Below, piece by piece: positions 1-8,016 of a stretch of 24,205 nucleotides of DNA (positions are counted from its first letter, which is position 1; each line of letters starts with the position of its first letter). The notes below the pieces were generated by a model, which made no database searches, was not told the origin of the DNA, and saw only the letters and a program-made list of their open reading frames with translations. The position numbers and the translations under genes were made by a program. Source of the stretch: Candidatus Nanohaloarchaea archaeon (GTDB taxonomy: Archaea; Nanohalarchaeota; Nanosalinia; Nanosalinales; Nanosalinaceae); the NCBI GenBank assembly GCA_041640075.1, contig JBEQAY010000014.1, positions 1-24,205 of the forward strand, written 5' to 3'.

Positions 1-350
1 AGGCCGAGACGGGCATAGCTTGAGCGGCCTTCAATCCGGGCGACCAGGTTTGAAGGCACGTCGAGAGTCTCCAGAGTGGTTCCCAGAACGAACTCTCCTG
101 GATGAACAACCATTCCTTCTTCAGTGTCGGCAGTTTTGCTGCTCTTGATGTTTGAGTAATCATCCATTGACCGGGTGTCGATAGCTTTGACACGCCGGGT
201 TTCAAGGACACCGAACTCGTAACCAAGCCTCAGGTCAAGTGATGAAGGACCAAGCTGGAGGTCTTCGTCTATTTCCGGCCCCTTATCTACTCTGACAGCG
301 TTTTTCTCCTCAATAATTTTTCTCAGATCTTTGTCTGAAAGTATGGCCAT
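1..350 (-). CDS. dcd: dCTP deaminase, 5' part (runs off the left edge; not in the ORF track)
   Basis: Manual translation from the ATG at 350 gives MAILSDKDLRKLL...QLGPSSLDLRLG...VHPGEFVLGTTLETLDVPSNLVARIEGRSSYARLG. This contains the ILSD, P-S-S-L-D-L-R-L and EGRSS-x-AR-LG motifs typical of dCTP deaminases. Confidence 0.95.
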   Translation of the reverse strand, partial: MAILSDKDLRKIIEEKNAVRVDKGPEIDEDLQLGPSSLDLRLGYEFGVLETRRVKAIDTRSMDDYSNIKSSKTADTEEGMVVHPGEFVLGTTLETLDVPSNLVARIEGRSSYARLG

Positions 351-374
351 CAGTTTACAATCTTGTTAGTTGAA

Positions 375-382
375 TTTTTATT
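375..382. promoter_or_regulatory. Putative TATA box in the 53-bp divergent dcd/peptidase gap
   Basis: TTTTTATT (AATAAAAA on the minus strand) is centred about 26-28 bp from both start codons (350 and 404). Confidence 0.45.
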
Positions 383-403
383 CCTTGACTATAGAAAGTT
401 TTT

Positions 404-1912
404 ATGCGCAAACTTGCTTTTTTCATCTTGCTCTTGATTATGAGTTCCGGGGTATTTGCCCAGGTATTTCACGAAGTGAATTCTGATACAGGCGAGGTGG
501 AGTTAAATACTACTGTTAGACTTAACTGTGATTCTGGAGCGGAGAACTGCCCGGTGAACAGCTGGAGATTGAACTGGAACATACCTGAAGAAGCCGTTAT
601 AAAATCTATCAGAGACTCCATAGGCCAGATAGATGAATCTGATGTACAGGGGGAGACCTTGTTATTAACCACAAATAGAGGAGAGAGTAGAACATCTGAA
701 ACCATAGAAATATCTATGAGAATGACTGGTGGAGCTGAAGAGATACACAAAGGCCTCTACAAAAGAGAGTTTTCTCTCCCGGGGTTTTCAGAGAGGAAAA
801 CCAGTGGTTACATTCGAAATGATAATATAATTTCTGGCTGGACAGGTTACGGGTTTCAGCCATCTTTTTCACGGCATAACATGACTTTCAGAGGTAAGGG
901 CTCGTCAAGGCTTCGAGTAAACTTTGGAGACGGGAATAAGACTGAATACTACGAGTTTTTCGGCGGAGACCCGGAAAATACATCTCTAGCCTATGAGATT
1001 TCGGTCGGCATGACAGGTTTGAGTCAGGACTTCAAGAGGTTCCCTGTAGCATTGATGAAGCCCTCCAAATATGAGGATTCAGTCGTTTCATGGAGTTCCG
1101 GAGAATATGTTGGAGGAAGCTTCAGGATGAGGAAAAACCTTGGAGAAGAATTCGCCCCGGTCCTTGCTCATGAAACAGTGCACGGCCTTAACGAGAGAGA
1201 ACTGAAATGGGATCAAACTTCAAGCACCTGGTTTGATGAAGGCACAGCAGAGTATGTTGAGTCGATGGTCCACCTCAAAATTAAGGGTATAGGCAGAACT
1301 AGAAACCTCTTTGGGGAGGATGTAGAGTACCGAAGTACGATTAACGGCAGCCAGTACAGGGTTACCTTACCGTCAAAAGGTGATAGAGAAAAACTATGGC
1401 GCTACTATCAGGAGGATCGAGACTTCATGAGTGATTGGAATCCAATGGATTATCCTGAAAACCGGGATTTTGGATATGCGTACTCTGAACTGGTAATAAA
1501 GAACTACGTTGCGAGACAGAATGGTTCCCTTAGAGAGCTTTATGATAAGATCAACCCGGAGGTAAAGGTAGAATCAAATGAAGAAAAGCGAGACATGTAC
1601 TCTCAATATCTCGACCTCACACCCTGCAAGTACAGTGAAAGGCAGAGATTCGATGAATGCCTGGATGAAATCAATAGTCACAGGTATACAGTGTACCGGG
1701 CTGAACCTGAGTATGTTCATGAAAGATTTTCGCCTGAGCCGCTGGACATCCCTAACAGAACAGATAAATCCGGTTCTATTGAGGAAGATATAGCGGGTGC
1801 TGCCGAAATCGAGCTTGAGAACTTGGAGAGACCTGTAAATCAGGGAACCTTTTCTTCAGGTATTCGGAAAATCTTTGAGAGGTTACTAAACTTTATTCAG
1901 GGATTAACCTAG
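404..1912 (+). CDS. Secreted zinc metallopeptidase, gluzincin (clan MA)-like
   Basis: It has a signal peptide (MRKLAFFILLLIMSSGVFA/Q), an HExxH motif (VLAHETVHG) and a downstream third-ligand motif (WFDEGTAEY). The C-terminus is amphipathic (IRKIFERLLNFIQGLT). Confidence 0.8.
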   Translation: MRKLAFFILLLIMSSGVFAQVFHEVNSDTGEVELNTTVRLNCDSGAENCPVNSWRLNWNIPEEAVIKSIRDSIGQIDESDVQGETLLLTTNRGESRTSETIEISMRMTGGAEEIHKGLYKREFSLPGFSERKTSGYIRNDNIISGWTGYGFQPSFSRHNMTFRGKGSSRLRVNFGDGNKTEYYEFFGGDPENTSLAYEISVGMTGLSQDFKRFPVALMKPSKYEDSVVSWSSGEYVGGSFRMRKNLGEEFAPVLAHETVHGLNERELKWDQTSSTWFDEGTAEYVESMVHLKIKGIGRTRNLFGEDVEYRSTINGSQYRVTLPSKGDREKLWRYYQEDRDFMSDWNPMDYPENRDFGYAYSELVIKNYVARQNGSLRELYDKINPEVKVESNEEKRDMYSQYLDLTPCKYSERQRFDECLDEINSHRYTVYRAEPEYVHERFSPEPLDIPNRTDKSGSIEEDIAGAAEIELENLERPVNQGTFSSGIRKIFERLLNFIQGLT

Positions 1913-2857
1913 ATGGACCCGGAAAATTACAGGGAATGGTTGAAGATATATTTCAAAGGTCTGGCAATGGGGGCTGCAGATGCGGTTCCAGGGGTTTCGG
2001 GAGGCACCATCGCCCTGATCACAGGGATCTACGAGAGACTTATACAGGCACTAAGTTCATTAGACATGGAGAAAACACTGGACGGAATTGAGTATGCTCT
2101 AGACCTTGATATCCAGGGAATGAGATCTCTATTTCTTGAGATGGATGTCCCCTTTCTGGTAGTGCTTGGCGCAGGTATAATGTCTTCAGTGCTTCTTGTA
2201 CTGAATATTGTTCATTATATGATTGAGAATCTTGTAGTCTCGACATATGCATTCTTTTTCGGTTTGATACTGGCTTCTTCAGTTATTTTATACAGAGAAG
2301 TAGATCTAAGCGACACTGGAAGCCGCTTTGCAGCACTTGCAGGTTTTGTTTTTGCTTTTACTATCTCAGGTTTTGGTTCTACATCTTTGGGTCATGGTGG
2401 AGTTGTAGTTTTTCTTTCAGGAGCAGTAGCTGTATCTGCAATGATACTGCCTGGAGTATCTGGTTCTCTGATGCTTGTAATACTTGGTCAGTATAATTAC
2501 ATGTCTGGTATAATATCAAAACTGACTGGAGGAGTCATTCAGGCGGTTTCAACAGGTAAGACAGCTCAGATCTCCGAAGCAGCTACTCCTGTCATTCTCT
2601 TTATTTCTGGAGCAGTAACAGGGGTTCTATCACTGGTCAAAATAGTTGATTATGCTCTTGCCAGGCGTAGGAAGGCAACCATGGCATTTCTAGTTAGTTT
2701 AATGGTTGGGGCGCTCAGAGCTCCCTATATTGAGGTCGCATCTGCCATTGAATCAAGTTCACGGACCTGGAGTTCATCCGCTCCTGAGTTTACTGTTGCC
2801 ATGGCTGCAGGAGCTATTCTAATTATTTTGGTCGACAGAAAGACCGCTAATGTCTAG
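1913..2857 (+). CDS. DUF368 family membrane protein (polyprenyl-phosphate translocase family)
   Basis: The duplicated signature motifs GLAMGAADAVPGVSGGTIALITGIYERLI and AMILPGVSGSLMLVILGQY are present, with many TM segments. It starts immediately after the upstream TAG. Confidence 0.93.
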   Translation: MDPENYREWLKIYFKGLAMGAADAVPGVSGGTIALITGIYERLIQALSSLDMEKTLDGIEYALDLDIQGMRSLFLEMDVPFLVVLGAGIMSSVLLVLNIVHYMIENLVVSTYAFFFGLILASSVILYREVDLSDTGSRFAALAGFVFAFTISGFGSTSLGHGGVVVFLSGAVAVSAMILPGVSGSLMLVILGQYNYMSGIISKLTGGVIQAVSTGKTAQISEAATPVILFISGAVTGVLSLVKIVDYALARRRKATMAFLVSLMVGALRAPYIEVASAIESSSRTWSSSAPEFTVAMAAGAILIILVDRKTANV

Positions 2858-2867
2858 TTTCTGGAGA

Positions 2868-4118
2868 TTATCTTATTCTGTATCTCAGGATGGCGGCAAC
2901 TCCTCCCATATTCATAAGTCGCTCACCTTCCTCGTGGTCTGTTGAGATTATCTCAAGTTCTGTACCCATGTTCTCAGCTACTTCTCCAAGAGCATCCACA
3001 ATGTGACTTATCTCCTCCAGATTCATCTGCTTTCCGCATTCACTGCAATCGGTTTCATCCTCTATCTCTGGTTTCTCTTCGAAAACCTCCTCTTTGTGGC
3101 CGTTCTCGCATTCGTATGTTGCGTGGAAAAGTTCAAGATCTTCGGATATAAGCACTGTATCCACAGCACCCATGTCCAGAGCGTTTTTTACAGGTTCGAC
3201 ACCATACTCTGACTTGCCGTTCTCCTCCTTAAGGTTCTCCAGGAACTTGTTGACTAGCTGTTTCTCTCTTACAGCCTGTGAATCCTGGATGGATTCCTCC
3301 GCCTTCGATACAAGCTCTTTCAGCGCTCCTTCGCCTGAATGCCCTAGTGATTCAACCGTCACGATCTTGTCCTGAAGTTCCTGGTGCAGGTAGTCATCCT
3401 CGACAAGCTTCTCCTTCACGAAGCCGGGTCCACCCACTATGATACCCAGAAGTTTGTCATTTCTGGCCTTATCCATGAAAGCACTCTTTGACTTATCCGC
3501 TATCTCCTGTAGGAAGGATTTAAGCATCTCCTTTCTCAAGCGGGCAAACCTCTGCGCCGACTGACCTCCAGCCCGTGTCTTTCCGGGAACATTTGAGTCA
3601 AGAGTATAGGCTGTCTTGATAGAATTGCCCTGAAGGTATCCGATTGCTGCCTCAGACTTGTCAGCTACGATAAGTCCGTAGATACGGTCGTCTACAACCA
3701 TATCCTGCAGAGGCTGAAGTACAAACTCCTTGTCACACCTGTAGTGCCGGGATTCAATCGTCTGAGGAGGTATAACCTCCCATATCTGGATATCCGGTCT
3801 ACCCTCTGTATCAGAGACGTTTCCAGCAAAGAAAGCTACACCGTTCTCCGGTGTTTCCTGCTCTTCCTTTACGCGGCGTCCAATCTTGCCCAGGGCGTCC
3901 TGCACGTTTGTCCTGGTGTGTTTTGACTTTATGTTTTCTGCTTCAGACTGTTCAGATGTAATAAATTCCGATATCTTCGACATGTCATAGCCGGCAGGAA
4001 TATAAAGAGAGACCAGCTCTGTGTTTCTTCCCCGGATATCTTCCAGCTCGTTCAGAACCCTCTTCAGCTCGTACTTCGACATCTTCTCGTGGCTGTCTTC
4101 CTGGTTTTCCTCAGTCAT
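2868..4118 (-). CDS. prf1: Archaeal peptide chain release factor aRF1
   Basis: It contains TELVSLYIP, the NIKS motif (AENIKSKHTR), YRCD, the GGQ motif (PGKTRAGGQSAQRFAR) and the C-terminal GGVAAILRY. Confidence 0.98.
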   Translation of the reverse strand: MTEENQEDSHEKMSKYELKRVLNELEDIRGRNTELVSLYIPAGYDMSKISEFITSEQSEAENIKSKHTRTNVQDALGKIGRRVKEEQETPENGVAFFAGNVSDTEGRPDIQIWEVIPPQTIESRHYRCDKEFVLQPLQDMVVDDRIYGLIVADKSEAAIGYLQGNSIKTAYTLDSNVPGKTRAGGQSAQRFARLRKEMLKSFLQEIADKSKSAFMDKARNDKLLGIIVGGPGFVKEKLVEDDYLHQELQDKIVTVESLGHSGEGALKELVSKAEESIQDSQAVREKQLVNKFLENLKEENGKSEYGVEPVKNALDMGAVDTVLISEDLELFHATYECENGHKEEVFEEKPEIEDETDCSECGKQMNLEEISHIVDALGEVAENMGTELEIISTDHEEGERLMNMGGVAAILRYRIR

Positions 4119-4140
4119 ACCCTAAATAGATGAGCGAAGA

Positions 4141-4147
4141 TTTTTAA
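4141..4147 (-). promoter_or_regulatory. Putative TATA box of aRF1 (leaderless-type spacing)
   Basis: TTAAAAA on the minus strand lies about 25 bp upstream of the ATG at 4118. Confidence 0.45.
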
Positions 4148-4232
4148 CAGAGATGACGTCTCAACTGATTGAGTCTTCCCACTAGGGGTTAGGGTCACTT
4201 ATTTCAATAAGTTCACTAAACCTTTGTTTGAG

Positions 4233-4871
4233 ATGTTTGAATCAGAGGAGATTCTCTACCTTATCGCTATTACAGTATTCCTGATACATCCGGCTACAGC
4301 TCAATCAGAGGTGAATATAAGCTCAGGAGAGGTAAGGCCTGCAAATATCTCAAGTCCAAACGTAACCACTAATAACTGGGCCGGTATATACGGAAATGTC
4401 TCTATTGAATTCACTGTAGGCCAGAACCAGAATCCTTTCTTCGCCTGGACAGGTCTGGATGCATCCAATATATATGCGACTTCCCAGCCCCTGGATTTTT
4501 CCTCTGACTGGTCGGCTGCAACATTAACTGATATGACTGATCAGTATCCTTTCTTGGAGCCGGAGTCTGCTGGAGGCAATGAGGCTGGAAGTGCTTCATC
4601 TACATTCAATTACACGGACGATTTTTCCTCTGATTTCCAGCAGAACCACGTCAATGATACTATAGCAGCTCAGACATACAACGAAGAGGGTAATCCCTAC
4701 TGGCCAACACTCTACATGAATGAAGAGGACGGAGGTTTCTTTGCTTCTCCTATAAAGAGCGGTAAATCATACTCCAATGTCTCGGCAGATTACCAGCTGA
4801 TACTGCCTGAAGATGGTTTGGGCAATGAAAATGTGACTCAGTACAACCTTTATATCGAGCTATCGGATTGA
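4233..4871 (+). CDS. Secreted single-domain protein, W-x-G-x-Y-G family paralog (putative minor filament subunit)
   Basis: The ATG at 4233 is preferred to the TTG at 4224. The signal peptide ends PATA/Q. Motifs ISSGEV, NWAGIYGNV, FFAW, IYAT, YQLIL and YNLYIEL align with the 11244..11951 protein. Confidence 0.8.
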   Translation: MFESEEILYLIAITVFLIHPATAQSEVNISSGEVRPANISSPNVTTNNWAGIYGNVSIEFTVGQNQNPFFAWTGLDASNIYATSQPLDFSSDWSAATLTDMTDQYPFLEPESAGGNEAGSASSTFNYTDDFSSDFQQNHVNDTIAAQTYNEEGNPYWPTLYMNEEDGGFFASPIKSGKSYSNVSADYQLILPEDGLGNENVTQYNLYIELSD

Positions 4872-4876
4872 TCAAC

Positions 4877-4882
4877 TTTAAG
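4877..4882 (+). promoter_or_regulatory. Putative TATA box
   Basis: TTTAAG lies about 26 bp before the ATG at 4908. Confidence 0.35.
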
Positions 4883-4907
4883 TCCCGCTGGAGACATTCA
4901 TTTATTA

Positions 4908-7292
4908 ATGAGCAGCAAAATCAGTTATCTGTGCTTAATTGCTTTAGCTTTGTTTTTTGTATCTCTAGCAGCTGCACAGGATTCCTCAGTATCTCTTGAA
5001 GCTGGAGATATAGAGAGCGAATCTGTTCTAGGTATAAACCCGTCTGAAAGATGGGTAGGTGTTGTTGGAACAGTTTTCAGAGGTAACAGCTCTCTGCCAG
5101 GTTTCAGGATTGGTGACGTGGGTTTTAGTGATGGCGATCCAGGCGAGGTTGTATCGCTGGATATAGAGGGAATTCAGGGGGGAGGGTACTATCTGGGTTT
5201 CACTCCGCCCGAGCTCGATCTTAATGTTGACAGTATTTCCGGTGTAACGGCGTCAGATCTAAGTACGGGAGGAATCTTCAGCAGTGCGCAATATCCGTCT
5301 TTCTATCCCTCAGAGGAGGATGTGAACTATACACAGCTCTTTGACAACCCTAACAAGACTTTTGAGACCGGAGAGACTATAAGGATAGACGATAGTAATT
5401 TTGAAGCAGCTTATATCAATCTCAGTGGCAAGAAGCAGTATCTGGTAAAGTACGAGATGGAGAACGGCAGTGAAACACCTCTTTTTGTTTCCCCGATCGA
5501 TGCTCTGACCAGGAACGGATCTGAATATAATAGCTGCTATATGGGAGAGTGTGATTTCGAGGCACTTCTGCCCAGGTCGGGTGACTCCGGTTCAAACTTC
5601 ACCTATAATGCCTATCTTCTGTCACGAGGGGAATCGGTTCAGAACTGTCAGGGAGATGATGTATACAGCCCGAACTCGAGTTCACTGGTTCTTGATTCTG
5701 AAAGTGCGGGTTGCACATTCCAGATAGAGGATGATGGTTACGTTGACTTCTACAACAACGAGTTTACAGAGGGAGGTTCAGGTTGTGGACTGACGATAAG
5801 GTCCAGCTACGACGTGATCATTAGAGGTCTTACGCTTGAAGACTTTGACAGCGGCCTTTGTCTGGAGAACTCGAACCTCACCGTTATAGATACTTTCTTC
5901 GGTGAAAACGAGAGAGCTATCCGTGCTCGAGATGATACAAATCTGAATGCTGTGGATCTGGAGCTGAGGAGCAATACTTCCAGGATAGAGCTCGAGAACT
6001 CCAACATCAGCATGGATAACATCTCCTTCCAGTCGAATTCCGTTTATGGAGAGGCGTCCTCAGTGGTTATAGAGGCGTATTCACAGATTCTTCCTAAGCC
6101 TGCTGTGGCTCCTGATAACGTGTCTGCTCTCGGTTCAAGGGTAGAAATCAGATCGAACTCGGAGAACCCGAATGACTCCGTGGTTGAAGAGCTTGGACTG
6201 AGCTATCCTGAGGTTCCAGAGACCACTATCGACCCTACATACATCTACAAGTATGATGAAGGTGAAGGAAACGTCTCAGGTTACGATATAAGGGAGTTTG
6301 ATGTAACTGATGACCGTGAGGATAGGGTTGCCTATGTCGGCCAGAGGATAGAAAACTTCTCGGTGTTCTCTCTTTACGGCAATGAGATTCCGACCGGAAA
6401 CGATACAGAGGGAGGAGGAGATGGAGACACGGAAACCGGTGAAGGAGAATCTGATGATGATGCTGACGCCGGTGGAGGCGGAGGCGGTTCCGGAGGATCC
6501 GGCGGAGGAGGTACAGGACAGGTAGGAGGCGCCATGACAAGATTTGAACCAGAGCCAGAGGCGATATCCATGAACCTTTCCATGAACAGATCGCTCTACC
6601 AGGCCAAGAGAGGTGAAACAGTTTCAGTGGCATTCAGTCTAGGAAACACGGAGGATCTTCCTGTTGAGAACGTAACAGTGGCTGCTGCTGGAAGCTCTTG
6701 GCAGCAGGTTCCAAGAACATTTGAAAGTATAAGCTCTGGTGAGGTAAGGTACGGTACAGCGCTTATTCAGATACCGCAGGATACAACTGTAGGAAATTAT
6801 ACTCTGAATATGCAGGCAAGGTACAGGAATACAGTGCTCGATCAGGACGACTTCAATATGTCGATTTCCAGAGTTAGGGAGGAGCAGGACAATGTAGAGG
6901 TAAGAGAAGCTCCTTCGTTCCTATCCATTAACCAGGGGAGCACCCAGGAGATAGGTATAGAATTGAACAATCCTACACAGAGAAGTATCGAAAACGTTAG
7001 TGTAAGTCTACGAGGCGGAGAGGAGTGCATAAGCATTAATGAGACACAGGTAGATATTCCGCCGGGCGAGGACAGGGTAACCCTTACTGTACAGACCGGG
7101 AACACTACTCAGCCATGTAACTCGGTAGTGGTGCTCCGTAAAGACAATGACGTGCTAGGTTTCACTCCGATGAATGTAAGAATAGTTGAAAGCGCGGAGG
7201 AGCTGGTAAGTGTTCCAGTTTATCTCCTGCTACTTGTGATTTGGACCAGTCTACTGGTCTGGAGGTTGTACACCCGTGAGCGAGAACGATGA
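4908..7292 (+). CDS. Membrane-anchored multidomain surface protein: divergent W-x-G family domain, beta-helix-like region, Gly/acidic linker, two Ig-like domains, C-terminal TM
   Basis: The signal peptide ends AAA/Q. The N-domain has LEAGDI..RWVGVVGTV..DFEALLP..YNAYLL. Short repeated beta strands (GLTIRSS, GLCLENS, AIRARDD) are followed by a GGGGGGSGGSGGGG linker and Ig-like segments (GETVSVAFSLGNT, EIGIELNNP). The TM VPVYLLLLVIWTSLLVW is followed by a basic tail. Confidence 0.8.
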   Translation: MSSKISYLCLIALALFFVSLAAAQDSSVSLEAGDIESESVLGINPSERWVGVVGTVFRGNSSLPGFRIGDVGFSDGDPGEVVSLDIEGIQGGGYYLGFTPPELDLNVDSISGVTASDLSTGGIFSSAQYPSFYPSEEDVNYTQLFDNPNKTFETGETIRIDDSNFEAAYINLSGKKQYLVKYEMENGSETPLFVSPIDALTRNGSEYNSCYMGECDFEALLPRSGDSGSNFTYNAYLLSRGESVQNCQGDDVYSPNSSSLVLDSESAGCTFQIEDDGYVDFYNNEFTEGGSGCGLTIRSSYDVIIRGLTLEDFDSGLCLENSNLTVIDTFFGENERAIRARDDTNLNAVDLELRSNTSRIELENSNISMDNISFQSNSVYGEASSVVIEAYSQILPKPAVAPDNVSALGSRVEIRSNSENPNDSVVEELGLSYPEVPETTIDPTYIYKYDEGEGNVSGYDIREFDVTDDREDRVAYVGQRIENFSVFSLYGNEIPTGNDTEGGGDGDTETGEGESDDDADAGGGGGGSGGSGGGGTGQVGGAMTRFEPEPEAISMNLSMNRSLYQAKRGETVSVAFSLGNTEDLPVENVTVAAAGSSWQQVPRTFESISSGEVRYGTALIQIPQDTTVGNYTLNMQARYRNTVLDQDDFNMSISRVREEQDNVEVREAPSFLSINQGSTQEIGIELNNPTQRSIENVSVSLRGGEECISINETQVDIPPGEDRVTLTVQTGNTTQPCNSVVVLRKDNDVLGFTPMNVRIVESAEELVSVPVYLLLLVIWTSLLVWRLYTRERER

Positions 7293-7503
7293 TTTATTTG
7301 AAGTCCAGACCCAAGAGAAAGAGGAAAAAAAGTCAAAAATAAAGGAGATAGAGGAGAGTAAGGCACAGGACTTGAGTAATTTCTACTCTTTTGTAAAGAA
7401 AATTCCTTCACTGGATTGGGTGACAGTTATCCTGATACTTGGAGAATTTATTCTTCTTCTGTACGGTCTTCTGCTTCTTCTAGGGAGGGCCCCGCTTTCC
7501 TGA
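7276..7503 (+). CDS. Small protein with a C-terminal membrane helix
   Basis: The GTG start overlaps the upstream gene by 17 bp. A charged N-half precedes the long hydrophobic segment WVTVILILGEFILLLYGLLLLLG. Confidence 0.6.
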   Translation: MSENDDLFEVQTQEKEEKKSKIKEIEESKAQDLSNFYSFVKKIPSLDWVTVILILGEFILLLYGLLLLLGRAPLS

Positions 7504-7948
7504 GAAGGTTGAAGGCGGACTGTCGAATCATAGCTTTATCCTCTTCACTAAGCTCGTCAGTACCGTATTCAATATCTTCAATATGGTTGAAGAACCTTAT
7601 CAGGTCTTCACGTGTATCATCATCTCCTTGATCAGTTTCCTCAAGTTCACCTATCATTTCCTCATAGGTAGTGACCCCTTCAAGGTTATACTTTGACTTG
7701 ATAAGTGAGAAAAGCCTCTCAGACAGGTTGGATACCGTCTCCTCAAAGTCCTCGTAATCCGGATCCTTCTCCATAACCCTTTCCTCTATGTTCATAAGTT
7801 CTCTCTGGTGATTTGCAAGGTCATTAAGATCTGACTTAAGACTTCCTATCTTCCTGTAAAGTATGAAGAAAAATATGAGGCTAAATGCAACTCCGGTCAA
7901 ACCCACTACACCGTTTATATTCAATGCCTCAAATATTCCTGCAAGCAT
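7448..7948 (-). CDS. Membrane protein with N-terminal TM and acidic helical/coiled-coil domain
   Basis: The likely start is the ATG at 7948 (MLAGIFEALN), with GGTG about 10 nt upstream. The TM is VVGLTGVAFSLIFFFILY-RK, followed by the heptad-like LKSDLNDLANHQRELMNIEERV. Confidence 0.75.
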   Translation of the reverse strand: MLAGIFEALNINGVVGLTGVAFSLIFFFILYRKIGSLKSDLNDLANHQRELMNIEERVMEKDPDYEDFEETVSNLSERLFSLIKSKYNLEGVTTYEEMIGELEETDQGDDDTREDLIRFFNHIEDIEYGTDELSEEDKAMIRQSAFNLLRKAGPSLEEAEDRTEEE

Positions 7949-8016
7949 ATTTTCACACCAGTACCTACCAAATTTTAGACATTTTTTACTTAAATAAGTC
8001 CCTACAAACACTTGTT
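7949..8016. promoter_or_regulatory. Divergent AT-rich promoter region
   Basis: This 68-bp gap between divergent starts contains TTTTTTACTTAAATAA about 20-30 bp before the ATG at 8017. Confidence 0.45.

Noticed and set aside
3030..3120. Zn-ribbon-like CENGH..CSECG insertion in aRF1
   Set aside because: A Cys-containing mini-domain in the C-domain is common in archaeal aRF1 proteins, so it is not novel.
6235..6633. Pro-rich and Arg/Leu-rich minus-strand ORFs
   Set aside because: They are antisense shadows of the Gly/acidic linker in 4908..7292.
7885..8016. Apparent head-to-head overlap of the ORF-track calls 7448..8011 and 7885..9546
   Set aside because: More plausible starts are ATG 7948 and ATG 8017. 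The latter puts the signal peptide at the N-terminus and leaves a 68-bp promoter gap.
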